A DNA stretch of 64,000 nucleotides, taken from positions 33,232,001-33,296,000 of the forward strand of contig NC_135667.1 in assembly GCF_964188315.1 (NCBI RefSeq), written 5' to 3'. Source of the DNA: Podarcis muralis. Taxonomy: Eukaryota. Within the stretch, counting starts at the first letter, position 1. Every line of letters starts with the position of its first letter. The position numbers were made by a program, and so were the translations under genes. This document shows, piece after piece, positions 48,681-61,739 of the stretch. The notes beneath the pieces were generated by a model. The model was not told the origin of the DNA. It saw only the letters and a list, made by a program, of their open reading frames with translations, and searched no databases.

Positions 48681-51600
48681 CCCTTGACCTCTCCCTCCTC
48701 CTCCTCAACCTGTTCTTCACTCTCTAATCCTGCAGTTTATCCTGCCTGATTCTCGTCTCCTGTCTGTTACAGGTTCCCCCAGATCACTGTTCCCTTCTTC
48801 CAAGCTAGTCTCTAACCCCCCTTCTCCCGGTGGTGCCCACTCCTCAGTATCCAACCACCACTCCTCAGTGTCCAGCCAGCCCCTGTCACAACATCAGGTT
48901 TGGGTTTGAAGAATTCCGAGCTTTCCTGGCCACCCAACCTGTTCCCAAACCTGGGAGAGATTTCAACTAGCTCAGGATGTTTCATAAATCACTCCTTCTA
49001 AATCCCCTTCTTTTATTCCGAATGACAGGGAAATAGTTTTATGTATTTTTTAAAAGAGAAAATTCCAGAAGGAGTGCAAGTTAAAGCAGTTCAATCACCT
49101 TTGGTTCCCTTCCTCTTTGGATTGCAGCATAAACTGTAAATGAATATGGTTTCATGATCAAATGTGCACCATTCTTTAGGAACTATATGAAGAAATAATA
49201 ATCATTGATTTTAAATCAGCTTGATTTAAATCAAACCACCTTGTTGGTGATTGCAAGCTTGTTTGGGAAAAGTCTAGCTGGAAATGGGTGGCAATATATT
49301 TTGAGGTCAGGGTTTTAAAAATTCCCACATAGTGGCTCTAGGCTCTGACTACACAGTGAGCTGAGCACACATTGTTGACTGACTGTCTGGCCTCTATGTT
49401 GACTACTTTTAGTTAGAGCTGTCATGAGGTTTTTGTAAGTAATTTTGGCATATGCTTTCACTCTTGTCATTTATAATGTAGAATGGGGGAAGTGGAACAT
49501 GTGTTTGTAGTGTCAGCTCCTCTGTCTTAAAGAAGGAGATGGGTAATAAACTATTTACAGTGTAATTTTGTACATATCTACTTAGAAGTAAGTCCCACTG
49601 AATGTAGTGAATAAGTGAATGTAGGATTACAGACTTAAGTTCCCATGTGCCAGTAAAAAATAAAAAATCATATATGTTCAAAGGACCTGGGATTTTTCAA
49701 TTCCTACTTGAACTATATTCTGCAAAATACAATGGAGGCAATTGAAACCACCAGGTTCAGCTGGATTGAACAGTTAGAACTTCCGCAGCTAACAGAAGAT
49801 AGAATCAACAAGAGAGCATTGAAACATGCAACTTGTGATGGCCTATAATATATAATTTTTTGTGGCATTAAGATGCTGCTCTGTTCCAAGTACTTGCTCT
49901 GAATCTTTGACCTTTAGCCCATTGCTGTCTTAACTCATTTCAGAACACAATGTAGACAGAATCCTACCTTATTAATTTCACTGTATAGGATGTAAATGTG
50001 TAAGTAATAGAATGGCAGGTAAGGTTAGACTGGACTGTTTGTGGGGGGGGGGGGGACAGACATAGAAGCCACTGGTAACTGTCCTGATCCAAAGGGATGG
50101 TATAAATATTTCTGAGAGAAAAGGAGCCCTGTTGGATCAGACCAGTAAAGGTCCATGGCAGCCTCCAGGGAGGCTACAAGTCTCCCGTTTCTTCCTCAGC
50201 AGCTGCTTATGTATGTAGAGGTTCCATTTTACGGTCATGGTTATTAGGTTTATTAATGGCCATCTTCTATTAACCTGTCCAATCCCTTTTTAAAGCTTTC
50301 TAAAGCAGTAGCCAGCACATAATAAATATAAATATAAATATCCCTTCCATCTGACTGGGTTGCCCCAGCCATTCTTGTTGCGGCGAATTCCTTAAATTGT
50401 GTTCTGTGATAAAGTGATTTTTAAAAATCTACTCATTGAGTTATTTGTTACATCAGTAGAGGAAAATATTTCCTCTTCGCTTTCTCCACACTTTGAATAA
50501 TTTAAAAAGTTACTGTCATGTCCCTTGATCTTCCTTTTCTAAACTGCCAGTGAAATCCTATGCATGTAAATACAATTGATTAAGATGGGACTTTTCCTGA
50601 GATAAGAGTGCATATTAGAATCACAGGTTTAAAAGTCTCAAATGCTTTAGCATTGGGGAACATATGTGAAGTGGCTATGGAAAGGGCTGTATAAATATTT
50701 TGTGTTTTATTATTTGTAGAATGCTGCTGGTTGCCTGTGTGAGTGGATGTGGTAGTAGTAGAATCACAGAATCATTGCAGAGTTGGAAGGGACCCCGAGG
50801 GGCATCTAGTCCAACTCCCTGCAATGCAGGAATCCTGGCTACAGCCAGGTGGGCTCAATCCACCAGCCTTCTGGTTAACAGCAAGACACACTGACCCTCC
50901 TCTGTCCTGGCACTTTGTCTGTGTGTCTGTGCATGTTAACGCTGCTGTGTAAGAACCCATAGACCCCCCCCTCACCATATTTGTAAATGCTCATTCCTAG
51001 GGCTTTGCGTAGTTTGAAGTGTAGTGCAGCAAAATCTCAGCAGCCGGCGTGGGCTTCAGCAGAGCTTTTCTGGCGGTTGAGGGGCTTCCATACCCTTCCG
51101 TGCTGCCATAAAACAAAAGTGTGGGGGTGGGGATGAAATCTGTGTTGATACGAAAGAGGGAACTTTTGGTAATCTCCGGCAGGCTGGGGAAAACATTCTT
51201 GGCAAGGGTGATGCCTAGCAGGACTGATTTTGGTAGGTGATATGCAAGAGCGAAGGAATGTTGTCGGCATTTTATTCTTTTCGGTGTTCCCCGAACCGCT
51301 GCGAGCATCACTGCCTGGCTTGGGTGGGGCATCTTGGCGTGGGAGCTTCTCAAGGAGACAGAGGCCCAAACATTGCTGCAGCTCCCAGGGCGACCTGGGC
51401 GGGGTGGAAGAGAGGAGCAGCAATTGGCTCTCCTCTTCGCATTCTAGGTGACGAGTGCGAGGAGGAGCCCTTTCCTCTGCATCCTCAGCAGGGACCTGAG
51501 GCCTGGGATTGGTTCTTTCTGCAGCCTAGGTAACCAGCACAGGGCGGAGCCTGCCTCCCTCTGCATCCTCCGCGGTGACCTGGGGGAGGGGATTGGCTCC

Positions 51601-54236
51601 GGCTGCAGCCTAGGTAACGGGTGTGTGTGGTGGGGGGGGGTGTTGTCTCAGTCTCGCTGCAGCCTCAGCCCAGCACATGGGGTGGGGATTCCATATCTGC
51701 AGCCTGGGCATTGAGCAGGGGGTGGGGATTCGCCGGAACTCCTCTAAGCAACAAGAGGAGGAGCGCTGAGGATTGGATCTCATGCTGGGGCGGAGGGAGG
51801 AGGGCTGGCGATAGCACAGCACCTGTGGGTCACATGCTGGCAAAGGAGGGGGGCTTCTAAACAACTCGGGGCGGCTGGCAAGCCTGCCAAAAAAGAAAAG
51901 AAAAAAAGAGCAACTGTTAACTGAAACCAGAGATGTCTGTCCAGCACCCTGCCTGGGTCACCCAGCTCTGCCTGCCCGGAATTTGCGCTCTACATAGACC
52001 ATGATCTGGGTGGACAGCTCTGGGAGCGGCAGCTGGGGACATGAGAAAGGTATCCCTTTTAACCCTTTTCTTGCCCCTCCTTCATGCCTGCTATTAGATT
52101 GTGGCTAGAGCAGGCCAGATCTCTTCCCACCGGGCACCTTGGAGCTAATAAATCTGTAGGGGGGAAGAATGTGTTATATGGACTTGAGGAGGGAGAGGCT
52201 CTGAGAACAAGAGGAAATGGGTTGTGTGAGAAATGAATGTCCTGAAGTGGGGGAGGGTGAGCGGAGTCTTGGAATGGGGGGGGGGGGGTTACATCTGGGA
52301 AGAAGCAGATGGTCGAAATGAGGGTGAGGGGGTGCAGACCAAAGACGCCTTTGGCCCATATGGGTATCCTGGCCTGTTTACTGAAAGGTGCAGGTGGGGG
52401 GGGGGCAGAGATGGGTACCTTGCTGGCATATCTCTTTGCCCACACCATCAGATCGCCATGAGACCTGAGAAATCTTCTGTGTGTAACTGGACAAGGCATC
52501 CATCCAGATTGTATTATTTAATTTGGACGGGTTTTTCGTGTTAAAGGGCACACTGCAGGAGAATAACAAAGTTGGGTTTGGTCAAGGTACCCATTTTGTG
52601 AGATGGGGAAGAGGGTTGTCTAAACTTGTTTTAGTTAATTTGGGGTGAATTCAAGAAGGGGGGGGGGGAGGAAAGGTGATCCAAATAGTGCTTCCGACCA
52701 ATTAGGCCCTGAAAGAGCATTTGATTCTGCTGGGGTGGGAATAGTGAGAGTCCATAGCAGAACAGGACTGGCAGTTAGAGAAGAGACTGATTTGTAAGGA
52801 GGTCCTGAAATATTTGACCAGTGATTGAAGGTGATACCAGAATTTGCATATTCAAGTTAGAGCTATTATTGACAGGAGGAAAATTCTGAATAGTGTTGCA
52901 ACACAGAGCAACCTTATGCTCTGACATTGGGGGTCGGAAGGTAAGGGGAAATCACGACACTTTTCTGTTTTCTTTTTGGTAGTGCTGTGAAAAAGAGGGC
53001 ACTTTACTCTGCTGAGTTCTTGTCTGGAAGAAAGAAATAGCAACTTAAAAATTAGTCTCTGGCAGCTTGAATTCTGCATCCATATGTAACCTCTGTACAT
53101 AGTAGAATAGTAGTTTGGGGTGGGTGGGTATCTGTTTTCCTTAGGAAATAGGTTTGTGGAGGGTGGGGCCAGGAGTGCTGGCTGACAGTGGCACTTAAAA
53201 AACTGCATATGCCTTGTAACAAAAAAGAACAACCGCCTGTGCCACAGGGTGGGGAGGTACCTCTGTGTGGTTGGCAGTTCTAGGGCTGGGCCTGGATGAA
53301 AGGAACACACTCCTGCAGTGCGTGAATAAATATAGCCTGCCTGTGGGGGGTGGCTTAGCCTTGGGAGAGGCCTGTCCTGCAGAGGAAGAATTTTCAGGAT
53401 ATTGTGGGGGAAGGGAGATGGCATTCCAAAGGAGAAGCATGTCTAGAGTCTGGTCTGGATGAGGGCTGATCACTGCTTTGCGGTTGGAAGAAGGCAGTGT
53501 GTGGGATGCGTTCAGCAGGGCAATTTGCTTTCAGTTTGAAGGGCTGGTTAAGGTAGGCAGGTCTGCTGTCTGGAGCAGAGGGAGCTGGCCAGGCAGAGCA
53601 CGCATGGCAAAGCCGGGTTCTTGAGTTGCATCAGGTGGCTGAAAATGCAGAGAATCCCCACCCCTTTATGCAAATAGCCAGAATGGCACCACAGGCTGAT
53701 GCAAGCCCGCTATGGAGCAGCAATCCAGAATGACAATTGGCCCTCCCTTCCCTCCCTCCTTCCTCCCCTCCCTCCCTCCCTCCGCCAGCCAGCCAGCCGT
53801 CTGAGCGGTTAAAGCTGCAGACTCCCTGCTGCCTGGACAGAGCGAGCACTGCTGCGTAGCATGGGCAGCGACAAGGAGACAGCTCTGTTGCTGTTCATGG
53901 AGTTCCCGGTCTGTGCCCCGGAGCAGCCTCGTTGCAGAGCCGCTCTTGGCCAGCTCCCAGTGCAGAATGGCTGTAGGTGGGGGGAAAGTATCTGGAGCCC
54001 CACGACATCAGGGATGGTCCAGAAAAGGAGCAGGAAAGGTGGGGCTGCACCACATTCAGAATGAAGGGCGGCACTTGGAGGTGAGTAGGGTCAAATGGTG
54101 GCGGATGCCGTACGTCACAAGGGAGGCTGAAGTTGCAGGGGAAGGCATCCTCCAGAGAAAAAGAGGACGGCAAGGAAGGGAGAAGCCTTATTAAGAGTTT
54201 TTAAAGTCCCCCCCCTTGTTTTTCTTTTGTTTTTAG

Positions 54237-54452
54237 GACATTGATTTAATTGACATCCTGTGGAGACAGGATATCGACCTTGGAGCTGGGCGTGAGATTT
54301 TTGACTACAGCCACCGCCAGAAGGAGAACGAAGTGGACAAAGAAGCAAATAATGGGGAGGAGTGTGGGGATGGCTGGAGGAGCAGAGGGGGCGATGTCGC
54401 TGACAGGGCCTTGCTAGTGGATGGCGAGACAGGGGAAAGCTTTCCTGCGCAG
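54237..54452 (+). CDS. NFE2L1: NFE2L1 coding exon 2 (Neh2-like: DIDLIDILWRQDIDLG...DGETGESFPAQ)
   Basis: tttttag|GAC, CAG|gtaaaa, 216 nt; DLG and ETGE motifs. Confidence 0.97.
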
Positions 54453-56406
54453 GTAAAAAAACAACAACAACTCAACTCCCTAGTTGGGTAGGACAGTTTT
54501 CTTATCCACCATCCTGGGATTGTTCTTTGTAGCTGTTCAGTAGAGGAAAATCTGCTGCTCCCTCACTGCATGCTTGGGTAGGCCTTGAGAAGAAAATAGC
54601 TGTGATGCTAGAAAATGTCCTCCCCTTTTCAAGTTCAGACACAACTCTTAAAAGGGAATTAGTTCTGAAACACTGATGTTCAGTGTTGCTGATCCTGCCC
54701 AGGAAGCAGGCAGGGCTGCTTCTCCGTTTGCGTTGAGTTTGAGTGCATAGATATTCATTACCTTTCCGTGCTTGGTTAAAGGCCTTGGTCTGTGCTTTGT
54801 TGCTTTGTGGTAGTCCTCAACATACACCCCTTGCTTCTTCCTAGGCTTCACACCACCACCTTCTGATCCTTCTCTCAGCATCCTGGCTTCTTCTCACCTC
54901 TGTTCTGTGAGAATTGGGCCTTCTCCCATGTCTTATTTTTGGTTGCAACTGTTAAGAGTATGTTATTTAGTAAGAATTTTTAAATCTCTCTCTATAAATC
55001 TCATTAGTTTGGTCCTAGCCAGCCTCCTTCCAAATGGGGCTAGGATTTATCAGAGAATCCTGCTAGCAGATGCTGTGGGGAGGCCATTTCCCCTTATTTC
55101 TCTTTATAACACCCCACACACTGCTCTGGAGCCAATTTTGTGGGGGCAAAGGGGACAGCAGGGGGAATAGGTAGAATCACCATGAGTTTCCCCCCAACAT
55201 GGCAGGAGCATCTTGTGAGTAGGATTCTACTTGGGGTTGCTCTTGCTTGTCATCCTAGTCTATATCTCTTTCTAATTTGGTGAATCCATCCTGAGTCTTC
55301 AGAGTAGGACTGTGATATCCTATCAAAGCCAGTTAATAAACTCTTGACCCTGGATGGCTTTGAGAACAGTTGTTACTGGGCACATCAGATCTCCAGATTC
55401 AGTTCAGTCAGTCCCCACTTATAAGACTGCAGGAATGCAGGGTAGGTGACAGCCTCTGGAATGGCTCACCCCAGTTAGAATATCCTCTGGAAGCAGGGCT
55501 TCCCTTCTTGGGGGCTGCATCTAATTCTGCACCAAGAGAATTTGCATTTGATTAAATTTTACTGTGTGACATAAACCGTTTCTTGATTTCAGCATTTGAA
55601 ATTTTGTCAGAATGCAGGGTGTTTGAGAAGAGACTCAGGGGTGTCATTGGAATAAGTAGTGGGGTGGTTGTGGAGGGGTTGTGGGACAGGGAACTGGGTG
55701 TGGTATTGGAAACCGTGCCAGATAGACAACCATGTAGCTATTGGCTGTTGAGGTGAGTTTTTAGGAAACTCTGTCTCTTGGTCAGGACTACCTGGTTCTG
55801 AGCATTTAGCCCTGTCCCAGGCTGTGCATTGGACTACATCACTGGGTTTCGTCCGTGTCTGAGACGGGTGTCACCTCAGCATTAATTACATTTATCTAAG
55901 TTCAAGAGAAGAATAAAAGTGAGTGGGGCGAGGAGGAAAGATAAAGGTTAGTTTAGTTTATTCAGCTAATAGATTGCTTTACACAGCTAAAAGAAGTCTC
56001 TGTGTGAATTACAGAGACAGTAACACACAAAATACAATACTTTTAAAAGCAATGCAGATGCACTATAATGTGCATCTACAACATCAGCAGCAACATAAAA
56101 TAACCACCCCATCCACATAAAAATGTATACAAACAAGCACACACAAACACAGCCACTATTAATGCTGCTGAAACGTCCAGGGGAATAAAAATGTCTGCCT
56201 GGTGCTGGAAGGATGACAGAAAAGGGCTATTTTCTCATTGCCACCCTCCAGATATCTCTTAAAAGAGGCACACAAAGAATAGGAGAATGTACAGGCTTTT
56301 TAGAAAAAGTCGTATGTTGCCGGTGGAGGTTGGTCTGAAAAAGTTGAAGGGCATGGGTATAGATGATCTTACAGTAAAATGACACTTGAATTATTTGCTC
56401 TTCCAG

Positions 56407-56496
56407 GTGCCTGGTGTTGAGGACCAGACAGCCTTGTCCTTGGAGGAGTGCCTTAGGCTGCTGGAGGCCACGTTTCCCTTTGGGGAGAATTCGGAG
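56407..56496 (+). CDS. NFE2L1: NFE2L1 coding exon 3 (VPGVEDQTALSLEECLRLLEATFPFGENSE; TCF11-type cassette exon)
   Basis: ttccag|GTG, GAG|gtgggt, 90 nt phase 0. Confidence 0.95.
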
Positions 56497-56917
56497 GTGG
56501 GTCAATGATGGCCCTTGGGAAAGGGAAGATTTAACTGCTTAGTAGTAACAGCATATGGCATTTCTATAGACGCATTCAGTGTAAAAAATGGACTTGGACA
56601 ATCTTTATCTCATGCCCTTGCCATAACCTTGTGAGGCTGTGAATTCTTCCAAATGAAGAGAAAAGCTTGTTCTTGTTCCAGGCACAAGGCCAGGTAGATT
56701 AGCAGGAAAGAAGTGGCGAGAATGCCACCCCTCCCTGCCCTTGCAAATGCTTTAAAGCCCCTAATACTGTGGTTGCAGGGAACCTTGGGAGTGGGGGATG
56801 GCTGTTACAGTCTGTATCAGAAGTTCATGCAGAGAGGAAGCGGGAGTAATGATTTGTTGCTGACATGACGCTTCACTGCCACATTCCTACCATGACTGAA
56901 AGGTGTTTTGCTTTCAG

Positions 56918-57079
56918 TTTCCAGCTGCAGATGCCCCCAGCCTAACTGAAGTTCTGCCGAGTGAGAGCGGGCCTTCCACTGTGCCAGACGGGCTTCTGTC
57001 TCCCCTACTAACAGGGACAGAGTTGCCCTTCGACCTGGAGCAGCAGTGGCAGGACCTCATGTCTATAATGGAAACGCAG
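56918..57079 (+). CDS. NFE2L1: NFE2L1 coding exon 4 (FPAADAPS...DLEQQWQDLMSIMETQ)
   Basis: tttcag|TTT, CAG|gtgagg, 162 nt. Confidence 0.96.
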
Positions 57080-58180
57080 GTGAGGAAGGCTGGCTTCTAC
57101 CCTTGTTTATTTTTCTAGGTCCTCCTCTGCTTTCAGGTGGGTTTACCATGCCACTGTTTAGTGTTTTGCTAGGTTTCAGGCAAATGTGAAGGTTGTTAAT
57201 ATCTCTGTTTTGTGAATTTCTCCTTCTGTAGAAGAATGATCTTTCTGCTGCTGCTGCAACCATCTTTCCTATAACAGTAGGCAGGAGCCTAGAAGAATGT
57301 GCAGCAAATGGGAAACCAGAGCTGCAGTTAGGTGACCATCTAGTTCAAGAGTCGTCAAAAGCAGTGCACACACTGTACCAAGTGACTGCCTGCAACGTAG
57401 CAGGGCAGTGGTCGCCTGGGAAGGGCCAAACAAAAGACACCTCTCTCTTCAGGGTCGTAATAAGCCACTACAACTTGGGGACAGTTCTTTCCCACCCTTA
57501 AAACAATATAGCATCCCTGTCACAGGATGCATGCAGCCTATTCATTATCCTTGCTGGGAAAATGTTTTGCCTCTCTGCATACCAGGTATTGATTTTTTAA
57601 AAAATAAATAAATTCCTCCACAAATTGCACAGCCACTGCTCCCGACCCTGGTTTTTTCACCTCTGGGCTGCCAGATTGGTGGTCAGATGACACTCTTCAG
57701 GTGGCCTGATTTTGTCTAAGAACAATCAGTTTCTGAATGTTTGTCTGCTGTCTGCTTCCTATACCAGACAAAAAGATTTATCAGTGGCGTGTCTCAGATA
57801 GGAGCCATTTCCGCCCCCCTCCTGGACCCACCCCAATAACTAGGTAGCTAGCTACAGAGGAGTATTGAGTAATGCAGGATGCAGACCTGGCTTTGGTAGA
57901 TAGGGCACAGTTGCTAGCAAGCATGCTGCATTGTTATGCAAGTTCCTGATTTGTTGCAAACAGAAACCCGTGTCCCAGTTCTCCACACATGCAAGTGGAA
58001 GGGAAGTGAGTTCCCTTCATGCTAACGTAAACTTCTGAATGATTGGGTCTTTGGTTTTCTTTGCTCTCTCACAGGGTCCTCTTTGAAGGACTTGTTTTGT
58101 GTACCCGTTTATTCAAGTTGTGTTCTAGGAGGAAAATAGAGACACCTAGAGTCTGAAAAGTTTATCTTTCCCCTTTTCAG

Positions 58181-59497
58181 GGTATGGAGGTGAACAGCAC
58201 AGCAGCTGCAGGGACCCTGTACGATAGCACAGGTGGAGACATTCTGAATGCCAACTACAGCCTTGCTCCATCCACCCCAATCAACCAGAATGTCAGCCTG
58301 CATCAGGCGTCACTGGGCAGCTGTACACAAGACTTTGCTTCCTTGTTCAGCTCTGAGATGGAGAGCCTCTCAGTAGCTGGCAGCTCAGCTTTGTTGCAGC
58401 TGGTTCCTGACAACTCCACTGGCTTCAACACCACATTTGGCTCTACCAACCTGAGTGGGATCTTCTTCCCTCCCCAGTTAAATGGCACTGTAAACGAAAC
58501 ATCTGGGCCTGAGCTGCCAGATCCTCTTGGGGGACTCCTTGATGAAGCCATGCTAGATGAGATTAGCTTGATGGACTTGGCCACTGAAGAAGGCTTCAAC
58601 CCAGTGCAGGCTTCCCGCCTGGAGGAAGAATTTGATTCAGACTCTGGGCTCTCCTTGGACTCGAGCCACAGCCCTGCTTCTCTCAGCAGCTCAGAAGCAT
58701 CGTCGTCATCATCTTCAGCTTCCTCCTCCTTTTCTGAGGAAGGTGCTGTGGGCTACAACTCGGACTCTGAAAATGTGGACGTTGAAGATGCAGAAGGGGC
58801 AGTTGGGTACCAGCCAGAGTACAGCAAGTTTTGTCGTATGAGCTACCAGAACCCTTCTCAGCTGCAATATCTGCCTTATCTGGAGCATGTAGGTCACAAT
58901 CACACCTACAACATGGCCCCCAGGACCTTAGACACTGACGAGCCCCAGCCAGCCACCATGGGGAAAAAGAGCGCCAAGGATAAACAGGCAGACTTCTTGG
59001 ATAAGCAGATGAGCCGAGATGAGCACCGGGCCCGAGCCATGAAGATCCCTTTCCCCAACGAGAAGATCATCAACTTGCCTGTAGAAGAATTCAATGAACT
59101 CCTGTCGAAGTACCAACTGAGTGAGGCCCAGCTGAGCTTAATCCGGGACATCCGGAGACGGGGCAAGAACAAGATGGCTGCCCAGAACTGTCGTAAGAGA
59201 AAGCTGGACACTATCCTCAACTTGGAACGGGATGTAGAGGATTTGCAGAGAGACAAGTCAAAGCTGCTCAGGGAGAAGGTGGAGTTTCTCAGGTCCATTC
59301 GCCAGATGAAGCAAAAGGTGCAGAACCTCTATCAGGAGGTATTTGGCCGCCTGCGTGATGAGAATGGCCAGCCCTACTCCCCGAATCAATATGCCCTACA
59401 GTACGCCAGTAATGGTAGTGTTATCCTAATACCACGCTCCTTGGCCGACCAGCAGGGCAGACGTCAAGAGAGGAAACAGAAAGACAGGAGGAAGTGA
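58181..59497 (+). CDS. NFE2L1: NFE2L1 last coding exon (NST glycodomain, DSGLS degron, serine repeat, CNC-bZIP)
   Basis: ttttcag|GGT ATG; ORF 58184..59497 with RRRGKNKMAAQNCRKRK basic region; joined CDS 764 aa. Confidence 0.98.
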   Translation, partial: GMEVNSTAAAGTLYDSTGGDILNANYSLAPSTPINQNVSLHQASLGSCTQDFASLFSSEMESLSVAGSSALLQLVPDNSTGFNTTFGSTNLSGIFFPPQLNGTVNETSGPELPDPLGGLLDEAMLDEISLMDLATEEGFNPVQASRLEEEFDSDSGLSLDSSHSPASLSSSEASSSSSSASSSFSEEGAVGYNSDSENVDVEDAEGAVGYQPEYSKFCRMSYQNPSQLQYLPYLEHVGHNHTYNMAPRTLDTDEPQPATMGKKSAKDKQADFLDKQMSRDEHRARAMKIPFPNEKIINLPVEEFNELLSKYQLSEAQLSLIRDIRRRGKNKMAAQNCRKRKLDTILNLERDVEDLQRDKSKLLREKVEFLRSIRQMKQKVQNLYQEVFGRLRDENGQPYSPNQYALQYASNGSVILIPRSLADQQGRRQERKQKDRRK

Positions 59498-61400
59498 GAG
59501 GTGATGAATGTTGGCAGGAGAGTGCAAAACTTGCAGAAACTGCATCTTGGAGAAAGGGCTGAGCCCTGAAGAATTTGAAGGAACTTTCACGCCTTCTTAT
59601 CCAATATATCTTCTCAAACCATGATAGCTGCCAGTCAGTGTATAGGAACAGACTGCTGGGCGGGGGCCTACAAGTCTTGAGAGGCAGAATGGCAAAGCAT
59701 GTAGGGAAAGACCTGTGCCCCCAGCAGCCTGGAACCCATTATTGAACGTTGAGGGAGGGGGGACAAGCTGGCATAATGTGTGTGGGGAGGGGGGTGAGTC
59801 TTGGCAGAGGGTAGAAAATCTGAATTGTTAAAGCTGGATATTTTTTTTAAGGAAAAAAAGGTTAAGTGGACAGACTGAGCAGGCTTAAAGTCCCCCCCGC
59901 CTTCAAACTTCGATATTTCAGATAGCTGGTTTTGGTTTTTTTCGAACCAGTTTTGGCATCAGTTGTGCGCGATTTGACAACATGACTGAATCCCATGACA
60001 TAGCCGCCATCCCTTCCTACATCTGTATGTATATGTAAGTGCAGGTGGAACACATTAAGTTGTGTTTGTTTAGGGGAGAAGGGTGATTTTTCTTAACCCT
60101 TTTCAGCTTGGGGGAATGGAGAGATCTCCACGCAAGGAGTTACCGAGTACAGCCTTTTGGGTAGACTTTGAGTTAATCTGCCATAAAGGTTGGAATGGTG
60201 GGAGTGGAAAGGGTTAATAGAATTACTATGGTGATGCATCTTTCCACCGCCCCTCTCTTCCATTCAAAACTCACTAAGCATGTCACTGCCCACAGTGAGG
60301 AGCCAGTGTTATACTGGGCTACCATCAAGGTACATTACAAGATGGCGCATGGTAACTGCATGCTACAATGCTGACATTTCTCACTGATTTGGCTTGAAAA
60401 GATTCATTTTGTGGACAAAAGGGGGTGTGAGGGCCAGGTGTGAAGGCTGCACTTTCATTTAGCAGAGGCTGCAAGGTGGAGGGGTCTGGTGTGTGATCAC
60501 CACTTGGGTCTACAGCACAATGGGTTTTACCCCCATAAAGTGGGCATGTTGTGTAGAGCAAATAGCCATCTATGGCAAGCCCCTTTCTTAATGGGCACTT
60601 TGGTTTTAATTTATTTCTGTAGGACTTGTGTACGCCTGTGTTTCCCCATTCCCATAGGGCTGTAAAATGGATTTGTGGTATGCAGGAAGGAGAGAAGGGA
60701 GATGTTTTCCCCCAGATGATCAAAGCTGCTGAAAGGTATTTCTGCCATTAAGACTCGGTGTGTTAAACTGTGATTCCACAGCTGGTTTCTTTTCTGTCCT
60801 TGGGTGGTGTCATTCCAACTTCCCCCTTTCCCCCTCCTTAAAAAAAAATAAGGCAAAGGGTGAGGGTAGTGCCTTGAACACAGCTGGCCTCAAGCTCCGA
60901 GGCAATCCTCGAAGCTGTTTAATTTGCAGTATAGCACAGCTGGGAGTATTACTGACTTTACTAGCATCTGATGAGCTAAATGGCTTTGGTTTTCCCCAGT
61001 CAGTCCTGTGTATGTGATGGCGTGTGAGGACGTAGCACTGAAATGGGCATCCTCCAGAGAACTGTGGGGGTATGAAGCACTGTATGTAATAGAGGCAACT
61101 TCTGCAGCCATATGTTCTATATGATCTTGTTTTTCTCAAGGCCATGATTTCTTACAAGGAAAATATAAAAGGTGAGAGGGGAAGTAAACTATCGGTGAGT
61201 CTCTCCCACCTCTCAGGCTTCTGTGATTTGACAGCATGAAACTTGAAGCACAAAATGTGTTGGAACTGTGGCTGGGTTGCTGGAGGATAGAGCCCTGATG
61301 TGTGCATGTGTTAATTTATTTTTTTCTGTAGAGGTTTTATTTTGAATGGTTTCTATGACCTGTTGGGGAGAGGAGCGAGAGCGTATGAGCACAGGACAAA

Positions 61401-61406
61401 AATAAA
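61401..61406 (+). terminator. Candidate NFE2L1 poly(A) signal AATAAA
   Basis: AATAAA about 1.9 kb after the stop, followed by a GU/U-rich stretch. Confidence 0.55.
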
Positions 61407-61733
61407 ATGGCTTATTCACTATTTGAGGATTTGTTTGGTGTCTTTAATTTTCTGCACTTTTCTTGGTAGCCCTAGCCCTGTGTTGTGATAAAAGGTAGGC
61501 TCACCAAATTCAGCATTACAATGACCGAGGGAATGTGCCTTCTCTTGACTTTATGTACTGGCCATGCTCCCCCATAACATACTGCATTTCCCCTGCAATA
61601 CTTCTCAGTTCAGCATATCACTTATTCCTGCAATATTTTCTAGTTGCAATTCAGTACTTTGTATTGTAGAATATTTTCAAGGCAGGCCTGGACCAGATGA
61701 AGAAGAAAAAGAGCAGGACTATAAATCTAAAGT

Positions 61734-61739
61734 TTTATT
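61734..61739 (-). terminator. Candidate CBX1 poly(A) signal AATAAA
   Basis: tttatt on the + strand, about 1.2 kb after the CBX1 stop. Confidence 0.55.

Noticed and set aside
50395-50420. gttctgtgata, similar to the miR-152 5p arm
   Set aside because: Only about 11 nt, no 3p arm or hairpin, and in the wrong gene.
58906-59298. 130-aa antisense ORF
   Set aside because: Shadow of the NFE2L1 bZIP codons.
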